A DNA stretch of 64,000 bases from a virus. The translations under genes were made by a program, and so were the position numbers. This document shows positions 63,764-64,000 of the stretch, one piece after another. The stretch's first letter is position 1. Each line of letters starts with the position of its first letter. The DNA lies in the IMG/VR virus record IMGVR_UViG_3300042691_041718, positions 32,001 to 96,000 of that record; one strand, 5' to 3'. The notes under the pieces were generated by a model that saw only the letters and a list, made by a program, of their open reading frames with translations, did not search any database and was not told where the DNA came from.

Positions 63764-64000
63764 ATGATTAAGAGATATAAACAATTTATTACAGAAGCGA
63801 ATGAGTCTAACACTGAAATTTCTCAGGAGATTAAAGACAATTTAAAGGAAATGATTGAAAAAACTATTGAGAAAAGTGGTGGTGATTTCAATTCATTTGT
63901 TGAAAAATTTATCAAAGAACCAGAAAATACTAAAATTGAAGGTTTGATAAACGATAGTGATATATTTGATTTTTATCTTAAATGGCGAAACGATGTAGAT
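63764..64000 (+). CDS. Partial ORF with MIKRYKQFITE N-terminal tag (putative internal head or prohead core protein)
   Basis: Open to the window end; TAATATATA at 63751. Confidence 0.6.
   Translation, partial: MIKRYKQFITEANESNTEISQEIKDNLKEMIEKTIEKSGGDFNSFVEKFIKEPENTKIEGLINDSDIFDFYLKWRNDVD

Noticed and set aside
1-64000. Short opposite-strand or alternate-frame ORFs in the track (e.g. 652..840, 2315..2518, 4266..4475, 7020..7331, 17513..17860, 26273..26581, 31000..31383, 43551..43868, 54984..55256, 62178..62426, 62255..62662)
   Set aside because: They lie inside well-supported genes and have shadow-ORF composition (F/L/I/S-rich or repeat-derived), with no motifs or promoters.
1-64000. CRISPR array, rRNA, integrase/att sites, reverse transcriptase (DGR or retron)
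   Set aside because: No repeat-spacer periodicity, no rRNA-like region and no RT or recombinase motifs. The paralogs differ at all base types rather than only at adenines.
1-64000. Stop-codon reassignment, as in some Bacteroidota megaphages
   Set aside because: Long genes are intact under the standard code, coding density is high, and TAA, TAG and TGA all terminate genes at sensible positions.
1-64000. Bacterial chromosome or eukaryotic giant virus origin
   Set aside because: The housekeeping-like genes (clpC, gltX, recA) are isolated among orphans, homing endonucleases and virion genes. Operons with ATGA overlaps, intrinsic terminators and Bacteroidota promoters argue against an NCLDV.

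Overview
A very AT-rich (about 25% GC by eye), gene-dense 64 kb piece of a large tailed-phage genome, most likely a jumbo T4-like phage of a Bacteroidota host. Evidence for phage: a T4 gp14-like neck protein, a UvsX/RecA recombinase, PhoH, six free-standing homing-type endonucleases, two inteins and many small orphan ORFs. Evidence for the host: several exact Bacteroidota-type promoters (TTTG-N19/20-TAnnTTTG), no obvious Shine-Dalgarno sequences, and Bacteroidota-like ClpC, GluRS and histone H1-like genes. Other content: a glycosyltransferase cluster, dispersed RNA end-healing and ligation enzymes, two M20/M28-type peptidases, a non-canonical tRNA-Cys, and a 2047-aa structural protein. The most striking unexplained pattern is two short peptide tags carried by otherwise unrelated proteins. 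(1) A C-terminal R-[DNE]-x-[KR]-[LI]-x-x-[LI]-[LG] helix occurs on about 14 small orphans, mostly behind host-type promoters. (2) An N-terminal MK(H/Y/F/R)(L/I)(R/K)(K/L)(F/Y)(N)E tag occurs on about 10 proteins, all behind a TAATATATA late-type motif, and resembles the T4 capsid-targeting sequence. The N-terminal set includes a four-member diversified paralog family and a tandem triad. All functional calls come from recognising motifs by eye; no searches were run.
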